This document shows, piece after piece, positions 50,832-63,332 of a DNA stretch of 64,000 nucleotides. Made by a program: the position numbers and the translations under genes. The DNA comes from Octopus sinensis (lineage: Eukaryota). Each line of letters begins with the position of its first letter. The first letter of the stretch is position 1. The notes below the pieces were generated by a model. The model was not told the origin of the DNA, made no database searches, and saw only the letters and a program-made list of their open reading frames with translations. The stretch is taken from assembly GCF_006345805.1 (NCBI RefSeq), contig NC_043003.1, forward strand, positions 18,104,001 through 18,168,000. Reading direction: 5' to 3'.

Positions 50832-51062
50832 CAAAAAAAGAAATTATCATCATCATTATTATTATTGTTATTGTTCCTATAGCTCTGGTTTTGTTGAAAC
50901 TCTTACAATCTTGCAAGAATAGTAAGTTTGCTACCTGCAGCCTATGGTACCATGCTTTTTGTTCTCTTCAACCATCTGCACTCTCTTGTTGTTTCTGACC
51001 ATACCAAGGAGGTAAGCCTTCTGTAACCACTCTACTAGACACTCTGTTCCTATTTCCTTTGT

Positions 51063-51365
51063 TGTTTGTTCCTTCTCGAGCCATGCCTGGCTCATAAGGG
51101 CCGGTTTCCCGGTTTCCTTGGCGTATAGTTTCCCCACCTGGACAGCATGCCAGTCCGTCGCAGGTGAGCTGCAAGATGCAGGAGGAAAGAGTGAGAAAAA
51201 GTTGTGGTGAAAGAGTCAGCAGATGTTTGCCATTACCTTCTGCCGGAGCTGCGTGGAGCTTAGGTGTTTCACTCATAAACACACACACCGCCTGGTCTGA
51301 GATTTGAACCCTCAATCCCTTGACCGCAAGTCCACTGCTCTAACCAGTAGGCCATGTGCCTCCAC
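51063..51365 (-). mobile_element. SINE family 3 with TSD
   Basis: 13-bp TSD CTATTTCCTTTGT at 51050-51062 and 51366-51378. Confidence 0.9.
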
Positions 51366-51916
51366 CTATTTCCTTTGTGTTCTTTATTATTATTACATTT
51401 TTTATTATTGATTTAATTACCTTCCTCCAAATTTCAGGCTCTGTTCCTATATTGTACTTATATCATATAGTACCTATATTGCTTATCATCACTATCATCC
51501 TCATCATCATCATCATTGAGGTTGATATAAGAAAATATTAACCAAGTACTGGGGTTGATTCAGTTGGTTGCATACCAAGGAAACATTTGTAGATTATCAC
51601 AGCTGCAATGCCTTTGATCATAGATGCACAAGCGCGCGTGCACACACACAGACACACACACATACACAAAATAAAAAAACAAATGTTGAATGCTAGCCAT
51701 TATTTTTATGTGGTTATATGTGTGTGTATTTCATTCTTGGTGTCAGGTGAGAGATAAATAGAAGCATGTATGGAAGGCCAGCAGTCGCAGAATGTGCTAC
51801 AAAGAGATAAGAAAAATAAAATCGCCAGAATGTAGTAAATTATTTCAGTTACTAATTAATTTCTAATTTTGTAAAAAATATCATTTAATTTTTTTTTTTT
51901 TATATATATTTTTCAG

Positions 51917-52088
51917 ATAACTATCAAATGTGTGAACTCATCTTCTACCAAGGAATGCGTCAACAAAGTTGAATTCCTTAAAGTTTTTTTTTTTTTTTAA
52001 AAACTTCTTTGAAAAGTTTTAATTTTTTTAATTTATTAAATAAATACATGTAGTTTAACTCATTCAAAACCCTAAAGATTTCCTCAAA
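51917..52088 (+). other. 5'UTR part of the first coding exon, with upstream ORFs
   Basis: Lies between the acceptor at 51916 and the ATG at 52089. Contains uORF 51928-51972 (MCELIFYQGMRQQS*) and a start-stop ATGTAG at 52048-52053. Confidence 0.55.
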
Positions 52089-53441
52089 ATGGCTTACTAC
52101 GCTATTGATCCGCCTCCAACAGTTCCCTCCAGAGTAAGAGATCGCACACAGCGAAAGGTTTTCATCCCGGGTCAGAAGGATAGTAAAGAAAATATATCTG
52201 ATATGACAGATTTCACAGAGAAGTCACCTACATTGATAACACTGGATGACTTGGAATCCACCAGTAAATTTAGTTCAGATTTAGAAGGACTTGATTTAAG
52301 TTACCCTAACTTGGGATCAAATACTCTGAAGAAAGGTTTAAGTAATTCTATGGAAGATTTAAGTGCAACAAGCAAAGCCTACCCAGATATCAGTGGTTTG
52401 TTCTATGAACTGAGGTCAGATGTGTATTTCAACAGTTGTGTGCCTCCTCCAATTGGCTTCAGTCATTTAACAGATTGTCCTGTTAATATTGAACAACGTG
52501 TGCCATTATCACAAGTCTCACGGTCTCAACCACCAGAACAAGCCTTGCAATTACCGTCACAACAAAAACCCCCGTGTCCATTCTCTCCTCAAAGTTACCA
52601 AAATGTACAGACTTCAACGCCTTTTCAGTACCCGTCTCCTGCTCTTGTAACTAATTCCCATCAAATGCTAGTCCCATCGCCTTTGCCATGGGAAGGAGAC
52701 CCCTCAGGTTTGTTCAAAGAGAGAAAACCTTCCCTATCTAACATGCATCGTCCAGCCAGCTTGAATGATCTGGATGACATTGATACTTACCCTAAAACTG
52801 TACCCTTAACAAACAGTGCCTCTGCAACAACAACCCCTGTTGTGGACACCTTCAGCATTGAGTACCCTCAAGGAAATGGAATTGCTCACACAACAGCAAA
52901 TCTCATAGATTTTTATGATAGAGAATATCTCAATTTAGCAGACTTTGATCCTTACAGAGTGGAACAACAAATTTGTTCTTCGGTGTCGTCTCCACAAGAA
53001 TCATCAGCTGTGTCCCCTCCAAAGGATAAGGGTATGAGAAAGTCTGAGAGTGAAAATGATTTATTGAATTGCACGTCACTTCTTTTGGAATGGTCAGAAG
53101 TTCCTGATAAAAATAGCCCTGCACAGGTCAGTAAGAACAACAATGATTTATTTCACATATCATTTCTTGAGGAATGGGCTGAAACTGCTGATGTAAGTAA
53201 CACTGCACAGGCTAGCGAGGAAACGGCACAAAGTTGGAACCATGACTATGCAAACTCCATGGTTGAACTCTCCCAGAGTTCTAATATTATTGTTGATTTA
53301 CCAAAAATGCCACAAAAAGACGACAACAAACCTTTGGATACAATTGTACCATTACAGCACTACCCTACTAAGAAACCTACTAAGGATTTCTCTAAACAGG
53401 ATATACCGCCAAAAAGTACCTCGTGGACATTTCTCCGTAAG
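52089..53441 (+). CDS. First coding exon (451 aa, partial CDS) of a large protein; tentatively the disordered N-terminus of a class II phosphatidylinositol 3-kinase (PIK3C2A/Pi3K68D-like)
   Basis: Longest non-repetitive ORF in the window. A T-rich acceptor TTTCAG lies at 51911-51916 (exon starts 51917), the ATG is at 52089 and the donor AAG|GTAAGA is at 53441/53442 (phase 0). The protein is S/P/D/T-rich. The motif NLIDFYDREYLNLADFDPY resembles the LIDL...FDPL segment I recall from invertebrate class II PI3K N-termini. Coding status is high confidence (~0.9); family identity is only ~0.45. Confidence 0.75.
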
Positions 53442-53859
53442 GTAAGACTTCTTTCTTCAAGTTCTGCAATATGGCTAATTGCCATTCATTTCATGTTTTT
53501 TCCATAATTCATTTTTCTTGTGTGTGTGCGTGTACATGCATGTGTGTGTGCATGTGCCACTGTCCTCATTGTTTTAACAGCTACTTTTCCATGCTTGCAT
53601 GGATCAGATGAGTCATCAATGAAGCAGATATTTCTTAAGGCCAGATCTTTTTGTGGTCAATCTTCATCTGTTTCCAACTAAGGTAATAATTCCTCCAGCC
53701 TATTGAACCACAAACATTCTGAAAATACTTTGGCAAATTTTTCCTATTCAGTGGCACCCCCAAGGTGCCACGAAATGGGTTTTAGATAAATCTTATATAG
53801 CCATGTTGCAGATCTGTCCAACCCATGCTAGAATGCAAAAACTACCTTAAAGCATGAAT

Positions 53860-54520
53860 GAAGATGATCTCTCACACTCGCACACATACACACACACACA
53901 CATACACACACACATGCAAGAACATATGCATAATCACATACACACATACACAAGCCACTAACACACACATACAAGTCACATATACACACAGAAGCCACAT
54001 ATATATATATACACACACACACACAAGCCACATGTATACACACGTACAAGCCACAAGTATACACACATGCAAGCCACATATATACACACTCACACACAAG
54101 CCATATATACACACTCAGATACAAGCCATATGTACACACACACAAAGCCACATGTATACACACACACAAAGCCATATATACACACACAAACCACATATAC
54201 ACACACAAGCCACATATATACACACACACAAGCCACATATACACACACACACAAGCCACATATACACACACACACAAGCCACATATATACACACACAAGC
54301 CACATATACACAATCACACACACACACACACACAAGCCACATATACACACACACAAGCCATATATACACACACACACAAGCCACATATACACACACACAC
54401 AAGCCACATATACACACGCACACAAGCCACATACACACAACACACACAAGCCGTATATACACAATCACACACACACACACACACAATCCACATACACACA
54501 CACAAGCTACATATACATAA
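53860..54520. repeat. Intronic minisatellite: CAAGCCACATAT motif spaced by (AC)n, period about 22-25 bp
   Basis: About 20 AAGCC-anchored units are visible. Confidence 0.9.
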
Positions 54521-54654
54521 TTTCATATACGCAAACAAGCACAGACACACAAGCACATATATACATGCATACACATTTGTGCATTGTGTTTTTCCTACTG
54601 AACAAAAATATTCTAAATATTTATATGATTGTTTGAAAAAAAAAAAACCTAGAC

Positions 54655-55030
54655 ACAGGATAGGCTGTGTGGTAAGAAACTTGCTTCCCAACCACATAGT
54701 TCCGGGTTCAGTGCTACTGCATGGCACCTTGAGCAAGTGTCTTCTGCTGTAGCCTCGAACTGACCAAAACCTTGTGAGTGGATTTGGTGGACAGAAACTG
54801 AAACAAGCCCATCATACATGTGTGTGTGTGTCTGTGTTTGTTCCCCCAACATCGCTTGACAACCAATGCTGGTGTATTTATGTCCCTGTAACTTAGCGGT
54901 TCGGCAAAAGGGACCGACAGAATAAGTACTAGGCTTACAAAGAATAAATCCTGGAGTCGATTTGCTCGACTAAAGGCAGTGCTCCAGCATGGCCACAGTC
55001 AAATGACTGAAACAAGTATAAAAGTATAAG
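54655..55030 (+). mobile_element. SINE family 1
   Basis: Full-length match. Confidence 0.85.
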
Positions 55031-55596
55031 CACAGGAGTGCCTATACTCTTCCCAACCATATAGTTGCACTGGTTGTCCTTTCCTTAATTAACACAGCAG
55101 AAATGGTTTGAGTGAGATTTAGCTGCTATGTTCTGTAGGTCAAGTATCCATGTAAATAGAGCCTCAAGGATGACAATTTGCTCTGGTTGTCCTTACATTA
55201 ATACAAACAGCAGGGTGTAATTTGAGAGAGATTTGGCTGTTATTTCCAATGCCTCGAGTGTTCGTGTAGTCACAGAAACTACATGTAATGCTGATTTTTT
55301 TTCCTTAATCTCTTAACTTATGATCAAAGACATTCCAGTTGTGACCATCTCATCTTTTCATTGACATATAATGTAAGCTAGGCCTGTCTAATGTATATTT
55401 TTGTTCAGAGTTGTTTAGTAAATATATATTCAAATGAAAATATACATTCATTGTACTCTGAGGTCACTTATTTTTAATCTGAAATACTTCGTTCATTATG
55501 TTATTCCCATTTTCTATCATTAACTATCAGTAACTATAATTACCTTCATAATAAATTATTAACTGATCCAAAATAATTTATGTATTTATTCTTCCT

Positions 55597-55630
<34 letters not shown>

Positions 55631-56529
55631 TATAATAATAATAATATTAGGGAGTATAACTCCAAACTTACAGGGAAAAATTCAATTTAGTATTAAATAA
55701 AATTTCACAATATAAATATATATGTAAATTAGAGAAAAACCGCTATTATGCAATTCAAACAATGATAGACATAAACCAAATTATAAATTATATATATATA
55801 TATTCTTTCTTAAATCAATAATAAAAAAAAAAATTTTTTTTGCATGGAAATTTAAAAAAAAACGTGTATGTTAAGAGATTAATCGGGACATTATTGGTAG
55901 GGTGTGTAGCTGCTATTTCTAATACTTCAAGTGTTCATATAGTCGCAGGCACTCAGAAGTTTGCACTATATGCCCTTTCCTTGATTAAAATAGTAGCAAT
56001 ATAATCTGAAGGAGATTTGGCTGTTGTTTGCAATAGGTCAAGCATCCATGTTGAGTCTCGGGCAGTTAAAAAGTTGTAGTGTTCCGGAATTTAACCATTG
56101 AAGCAAATATTTGGATGTGCCAATAAGCAGTTTGTGTTTACACAGCTGGACTAGATTCAGAGAATTGATCTGTGTTTTATCGGATGTTGATAATGTATAC
56201 AGTGGCAGCAGCAGTGATGGTGGTGGTGGTGGTGGCTGCTGTAGTAGTAACAGATGTGTTGGCCTTTTTCTCTTTATCTTTCACTTGTTTCAGTCATTGG
56301 ACTGTGGCCATGCTGGGGCAGCACTTTGAAGGATTTTTTTTTATCAAACAAATCGACACCAGTATTTATGGCTTTTTTTTTTAATTTTGAAGTCTATTTA
56401 TTCTGTTTGTCCTCGTTTGCCCAACCACACCAGTTGTCAAGCAGTGGGGAGGAGGTACACAAACACAGAGGCACATACATACATGTGCACACACACATTT
56501 ATATGTATATGTATGTATATATATATATA

Positions 56530-56697
56530 TATCAGCCGAAACTGCGAGGATGATCCGGTTCTTGACTGAGGATAGAAAGCTTCGAATGTCCCGTCCTTGT
56601 ATTTTTTGTATCGTCTATCTGGATGTTTTGTTGTCCCTCTTTGTATCAGCTAATTGTCTGGATGTTTTGCGTTCTTGTCCCATTTTGCATTTTATAT
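56530..56697 (+). mobile_element. Terminal fragment of the 36395 element family, inserted at a (TA)n tract
   Basis: ATCAGCCGAAA..GATGATCCGGTTCTTGACTGA shared with the reverse complement of 36400-36515. Confidence 0.55.
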
Positions 56698-57095
56698 CAT
56701 CATCATCATCATCATCATTTAGCGTCCGTTCTCCATGCTAGCATGGGTTGGACGGTTCAACTGGGGTCTGTGAAGCTGGAAGGCTTCATCAGGCCCAGTC
56801 AGATCTGGCAGTGTTTCTACGGCTGGATGCCCTTCCTAACGCCAACCACTCCGTGAGTGTAGTGGGTGCTTTTTACGTGCCACCCGCACAGGTGCCAGAC
56901 AGAGCTGGCAAACGGCCACAAACGGATGGTGCTTTTACGTGTCACCGACACGGGGGCCAGGCGAGGCTGGCAACGGACACGAACGGATGGTGCTTTTACG
57001 TGCCACCAACACGGGGGCCAGACAGAGCTGGCAAACGGCCATTAAACGGATGGTGCTTTTACGTGTCACCAGCACGGGGGCCAGGCGAGGCTAGC
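56695..57095 (-). mobile_element. RTE 3'UTR with four alternating ~61-bp internal repeats
   Basis: GTGCTTTTACGTG(C/T)CACC units alternate between A and B variants at 56865-57095. Confidence 0.8.
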
Positions 57096-57523
57096 AACAC
57101 ACACATCCACACATCCTTTTAGCATTTAAACCAGTCACATTTGGCCTGGATATTCTACCTGCCTTATATCCAAACTGGCCAGATCCAGCCTCTCACACTT
57201 ACCTTACAATGCCATTCTCAGATTCTATAATCAAGTAGCCTCTCGCCCCAAATTTCAGGACTTGTGCCTATAATAGAAAAGATTATTATTATTATTATTA
57301 TTATTATTAAGGCAATGAGCTGGCAGAGTCATTAGCACGCTGGGCAAATTGCTTAGCGGCATTTTGTCTGTCTGCACAATCTGAGTTCATATTCCGCTGA
57401 GGTCAACTTTGCCTTTCGTCCTTTCAGGCTCAATAAATTAAAGTACTAGTGAAACCCTGGGACCAGTGTAATCGAGTAGTCACCTCCCCACAAATTTCAG
57501 ATCTTGTACCTTTAGTAAAAAGA

Positions 57524-57603
<80 letters not shown>

Positions 57604-58059
57604 TATTATTGTTGTTGTTGTTGTTGTTATTATTAAAGGAAAGTGAGGGTGGAGTGGGAGTGAATTTATGGAAAGGTGGGTGAATGTTGCGAAAATGGCA
57701 AGAGTGGATGGTACCACCCTCAGTGTAGACTTGTGAGTTGGAAGAAAGAAGTTGGAGTAGGCTCCCATCCTTGGTACTCAGGGTGATCTTGGATGGCAGG
57801 GTTCCTTGATTATCCTAGAGGTCCTCCTGAATCAGAGGAATCCCATCACGAATCTTTTTTTTTCACACACCCCCTCTTTTTCTAGTGTCATATACTATGT
57901 ATACTTCCCTTCTGCCAATCTGCTAATGTATATCATGTATACTTTTTATTTTATCATTCCATTATATGTAAACCCCAACACTTTATGCCTGTCTTTGTAT
58001 TGTCCCCTTCAGCCTTCGCCCTGGAGACAAATAAAAGAAATCATTATTATTCATCATCA

Positions 58060-58420
58060 TCATCATCATCGTTTAACGTCCGTTCTCCATGCTAGCATGG
58101 GTTGGACGGTTTGACTGGGGATCTGGGAAGCCAGAAGGCTGCACCAGACTCCAGTCTTATCTGGCAATGTTTCTACAGCTGGATGCCCTTCCTAACACCA
58201 ACCACTCCGTGAGTGTAGTGGGTGCTTTTTTACGTGCCACCTGCACAGGTGCCAGGCGAGGCTGGCAACGGCCACGGTCGGATTGGTGTATTTTACGTGC
58301 CACCGGCACGGAGGCCAGTCGAGGCGGCGCTGGCATCGGCCACGAGTCGGATAGTGCTTTTTACGTACCACCAGACCAGGGATCCTGGCTGGTTCAATTC
58401 GATTTCGATTTCACTTGCCC
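58060..58420 (-). mobile_element. RTE 3'UTR fragment
   Basis: Same family as 18563. Confidence 0.75.
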
Positions 58421-59066
58421 CAACATGTCTTCGCAAGCAAAGGGGGTTGGCATGGGTGCCTGTCGTTGGATGAGGTTCTATATCGACTTTGCTTGCTTCA
58501 ACAGGTCTTTGTGTCCAAGAGAGCAGTGCATGCCATCAAAGTGACACAGGGGTAAAATATACGAAGCCCATTATACCCATCATGAATACCCATCTGATAA
58601 GGGTACACTTGGTACATGCATCACAACCATGTGTATGCAACATGGTGATCTCATATCAAGACAAACAGCGCATGACCTTGTGGGTGGAGCCCAGTTAGAA
58701 TTTTCTTCAGGTTGGGTACTCCATCTCGCTCAAAAGATCCCTGAATAAGGATTGTTTAAGGATGTTGAACAAAACACCCATTTTTCCAAAGGTGAATTAT
58801 CCAAACCCCAAAGAACTCCCCTCAACACATGGTTATGATGTTCCCCCACTACTTCTGCTCGTGATCAGAGATGCACATATCGTTAGCCAATAAGGGACAT
58901 GCTCAACTGGTGAAGGTCAAGCAACTGACAAGCAAATCTGTGGTATTGAGCAGAATATTTGCTGTAGCCCATCTTTTATACCAAGACAAAACAATGTACA
59001 TGATAACACTTCCAATCAGTTAAGATCAGAAGCCATGAGAGCCACTGCCTGGTACTGCATCAGGGC

Positions 59067-59125
<59 letters not shown>

Positions 59126-59191
59126 ATTATTATTAGTGTTATTATTATTAATTATTATTATTAATTATTATTATTATTATTATTAATTATT

Positions 59192-59223
<32 letters not shown>

Positions 59224-59844
59224 TATTATTATTATTATTTGTACTCCACTCAAATTTGCCATCATTTAAGTCTCTCAGCTAACAGATTTTCCAAAGCTGC
59301 ATTGTTCAGCATGTACAATACAAACTGCATTAGCGAAGCATCACTTTATCAACATGATACTGCACTTAACGTTGTCAATGAATGCCGTCTGCTGTTGAGC
59401 CACTGGAAAATTTGTGCAATTGTTTCGGTTTCTTAGAAAGAGAAGAAGAAAAATCAGTAAGGGATACAAGATAGAAATATCCTTGTCCTCTTTGTTGATG
59501 TTGACATTGTGAATACTACCTCTGCTGTTGCTGCTGCAGGTAATGTTGTTGTTGTTGTTGGTGTTGTCTTGTTATAACAATAATTTCATGAGAATCATGG
59601 GTAGGAGTGAATAATTAATTGACAGTGAATGGCAGTGGTTTGAGGTTGTAGTGAGAGCAGAGTACATGTTGCTGAGTAATTGGGTGTAGTTTAACTACTC
59701 ATAAGAAAGCATACCTGCGTGGTGTCTAAGAAACCAGGTTCGCAGCTGAGTGGTCTCAGGTTTTAATTGAACAAATCCATCTCAGTACATGTTCTCTTTT
59801 AAGTCTGGTCTCTTTTGCTAAAGTGCCAGTTGTCAAGAGGTGGA

Positions 59845-60175
59845 GATGGACACACACACATACACGTTATATAAACAATGGGCTTCCACATAGTTTTCAT
59901 TTACCAGATTCATTCACAAGGCATTCGTTAACCCGGGACTATAGCAGAAATCTCTTGTTGAAGGTGCCACACACTGGAACTGAACTCAAAACCACCTGCT
60001 TAAACACACCGATTCACTGATGGACATACACACACATACACACATTATATGAACAATGGGCTTCCACATAGTTTTCATTTACCAGATTCATTTCCAAGGC
60101 ATTCATTAACCCAGGACTACAGCAGAAATCTCTTGTCGAAGGTACCACACAGTGGAACTGAACTCAAAACCACCT
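59845..60175. repeat. 174-bp-period tandem duplication of a SINE fragment with a templated junction insert
   Basis: GATGGAC at 59845 and 60019; insert 59997-60021 is identical to 60830-60854. Confidence 0.9.
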
Positions 60176-60369
60176 AGTTACAAAGCAAGCTTCTTAATCA
60201 CACAGCTATGGCTGTTCCTATATTCTTGACTGGAAGCAGTGGCTCTTTAGCTATCATTATCATCATTTAATGCCCATTTTCCACTCTGGCATGGATTGGA
60301 TAGTTTGACAGGAGCTGTCCAACCGGAAAGCAAGACCAGGCTCCAATTCTTTGTTTTGGTATGGTTTCT

Positions 60370-60600
60370 TATTTCTTTATTGTCCACAAGGGGCTAAATA
60401 TAGAGGGGACAAACAAGGACAAACAAAGGGATTAAGTCAATTACATCGACCCCAGTGCATAACTGGTACCTAATTTATCGACCCTGAAAGGATGAAAGGC
60501 AAAGTTGACCTCGGCAGAATTTGAACTCAGAATGTAACGGCAGATGAAATTCCGCTAAGCATTTCGCTCGGCATGCTAACATTTCTGCCAGCTCTCTGCC
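60370..60600 (-). mobile_element. SINE family 2 (tail B) with TSD, inserted in an RTE 3'UTR
   Basis: 18-bp TSD TGTTTTGGTATGG(T/C)TTCT at 60352-60369 and 60601-60618. Confidence 0.9.
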
Positions 60601-61325
60601 TGTTTTGGTATGGCTTCTCTAGCTGGATGGTCATCCTTATACCAAGAAGTAAAATTCTTGGGGTTCATTCTTTGCAAGGTGATGGTGAAGTGGAGTGATG
60701 GATAAAATAAGTACCAGTAACATACTAGTACTTAAGATATCTGTACGATTGATTGATTGCATTTTTTCCCCCTTCCCCACAAAAATGCAGCTTTGTTTTC
60801 TATATAAGAAATCAATAATTTTTTTCTCTTGCTTAAACACACCGATTCACTGATCTTTAGGATATAAATGGAGTTGTTTGAATGCGATTCACTGATCTAT
60901 AGAATACAAATGGAGTCGTTTGAATGTTTTATTTTACATTGCACACATTTCATGAACAATAAATCTAATTGATTACAAGTTTCAAATGATCCAGTAGCTA
61001 CTTCACTGCATCGACAATAGTAAGAGTGACAAAGGAAGTGTCTGCGGAAGTCGGGCAGAATAAATATTGTAAGGTATTTTCTTGTATTGACACACCAGTT
61101 TATTGGCAATTTTCTCATGGATGTATAGATCTTTCACCAACATACACACAAATTACTGTTGCCTTAGCAAAGTTTCATTTTAATGTTGTATTTTGTATTG
61201 TACTAAAAAAATATTTTTTATTGTTCACCCATTTCAGTTATTGGACAGTGGCCATGCTGGTGTTCTGATTTGGAGGGCATTAGTTGAAGATATCACCCCC
61301 CCACTCCCCAAGTAATTATCTTTAA

Positions 61326-61546
61326 CCCTTTAGTGTTTAAACCGGCCACATCCGGCCCATTATATTCTACATGTTTTATATTCAAACTGGCCATATCTAG
61401 CCTCTCACACTTAACCTACATTGACATTCTAAAAATAAACAATCACGTCATCGAAACCTCAAAGCTATAAGATAATGCATGATTAATTCAAAACAATTTG
61501 AGTGAAAAAGTATTACATTTAACAGAGTAATCTGAACACTAAAGGG
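61326..61546. mobile_element. piggyBac-type MITE (221 bp)
   Basis: Perfect 12-bp TIR CCCTTTAGTGTT with TTAA on both sides (61322-61325, 61547-61550). A partial relative lies at 57115-57230. Confidence 0.9.
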
Positions 61547-61894
61547 TTAAGTCTGGTAATTCTATTAGTCTCTTTTGCCAAACTGTTAAGTTATAATGTA
61601 GCACTCTGTTGGCTATGATGATGAGGGTCCCGTTTGATCCAATCAACGGAACAGTCTGCTCATGAAATTAACATGCAAGTGGCTGAGCACTCCACAGACA
61701 CATGTACCCTTAACGTAGTTCTCGGGGAGATTCAGCGTGACACAGAGTGTGACAAAGCTGGCCCTTTGAAATACAGGTATAACAGAAGCAGGAAGCAGGG
61801 CGAGTGTGTTTTATTATAGCCCCAGGCTGACCAAAAGACAGACAAAATGCCTAGCAGTATTTTGTCTGGCGTGCTAACAGTTTTTCTTGCTCAC

Positions 61895-62330
61895 CAAAGC
61901 GACGAGCTGGCAGAAACGTTAGCAAGCCAGGCGAAATGCATAGCAGTATTTCGTCTGTCTTTATGTTCTGAGTTCAAATTCTGCTAAGGTCAACTTTGCT
62001 TTTCATCCTTTCGGGGTCGATAAATTAAGCACCAGTTGCGTACTGGGACTGATCTAATCGACTGGCCCCTCCCCCAAAATTTCAGGCCTTGTGCCTAAAT
62101 TAGAAAAATATATCGGATGGTGTTAAGGCAGCAAGCTGGCAGAAACGTTGGGACGCCGGGTGAAATGCTTAGCAGTATTTCGTCTGTCTTTATGTTCTGA
62201 GTTCAAATTCCACCGAGGTCAACTTTGCCTTGCATTCTTTCAGGGTCGATAATTTAAGTACCAGTTGCATACTGCGGTTGATCTAATCAACTGCCTCCTC
62301 CCCTAAAATTTTGGGCTTTGTGCCAAGAGC
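61895..62330 (+). mobile_element. Two tandem family-2 SINEs (tail A)
   Basis: Heads near 61900 and 62127. Confidence 0.85.
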
Positions 62331-62915
62331 AGAAATGATTTTTTTTTTCTCACTGCTGTATGTGGTATGAGTAGTAATTATACAAAGACCATTGATGAGT
62401 TTGAGATAAGCACCTGGTAAGACTGCGTGTGACCCAGCTTCAATTTCCAATTAATTCTATTTCACTTCATTTATATCGTTCATACATTGATTGGAGATGG
62501 TAGTGATTGTGGTGGTGGTCATGGTGGTGGTGGTGGTGGTGGTGGTCATGGTGTTAGGGAACACATATGTCATGAAATTTCATTGCCCCTCATCACCTCC
62601 TTCCATATCTCCGTAAATATGAGACCTCACATTTAATATAAAAGTAATTATTAATTATAAAAGAGGTAATCGAGAATGGCAATGGCCGTCGTGAAAGCAG
62701 TAATAGCAAGGATGCTAGGAAAGTGATGGGTGTGGGGTGAGAGTGGTGGTGATGGTGGCAAGAGTTACCATAATTATAATGAAGATAAATGATAATAGAT
62801 TAGTGGTGGTGGTGGTGCTAGTTGGATGTTATGATAGTTATTGTGTTAACCCTTTTGATAATATATTTCTGTTGAAATATACTGGCTTTGTTTCAATTAA
62901 TTTTGATATAATAGG

Positions 62916-63325
62916 CGTAGGAGTGGCTGTGTGGTAAGTAGCTTGCTTACCAACCACATGGTTCCGGGTTCATTGCGTGGCACTTTCTGCAAGTGTCTTC
63001 TACTATATACTCAGGCCGACCAAAGCCTTGTGAGTGGATTTGGTAGACAGAAACTGAAAGAAGCCTGTCGTATATTTGTATGTATGTATATGTATGTATG
63101 TATATATATATATGTATGTGTTTGTGTGTCGGTGTTTGTCCCCCCAACATCGCTTGACAACCGATGCTGGTGCGTTTACGTCTCCGTAACTTAGTGGTTC
63201 GGCAAAAGAGACCGATAGAATAAGTACTAGGTTTACAAAGAATAAGTCCTGGGTTCAATTTGCTCAACTAAAGGTGGTGCTCCAGCATGGCCGCAGTCAA
63301 ATTACTGAAACAAGCAAAAGAGTAA
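62916..63325 (+). mobile_element. SINE family 1
   Basis: Full-length match. Confidence 0.85.
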
Positions 63326-63332
63326 TAATAAC

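Noticed and set aside
53442-53507. C-terminal 21 aa of the 472-aa ORF (VRLLSSSS...FMFFP)
   Set aside because: Lies after a canonical AAG|GTAAGA donor and is most likely intron read-through.
57645-58050. L1/Tx1-like ORF end (EFMERWVNVAKMARVDGTTLSVDL*) plus 3'UTR
   Set aside because: The peptide is too short for assignment without a database search.
58420-59075. Repeat-like segment ending in an (ATT)n tail
   Set aside because: Looks like a non-LTR 3'UTR, but there is no second copy or ORF in the window to support a family call.
60995-61073. Possible second coding exon (SYFTASTIVRVTKEVSAEVGQNKYCK)
   Set aside because: The acceptor phase is incompatible with the phase-0 donor at 53441, the polypyrimidine tract is weak and there is no family resemblance.
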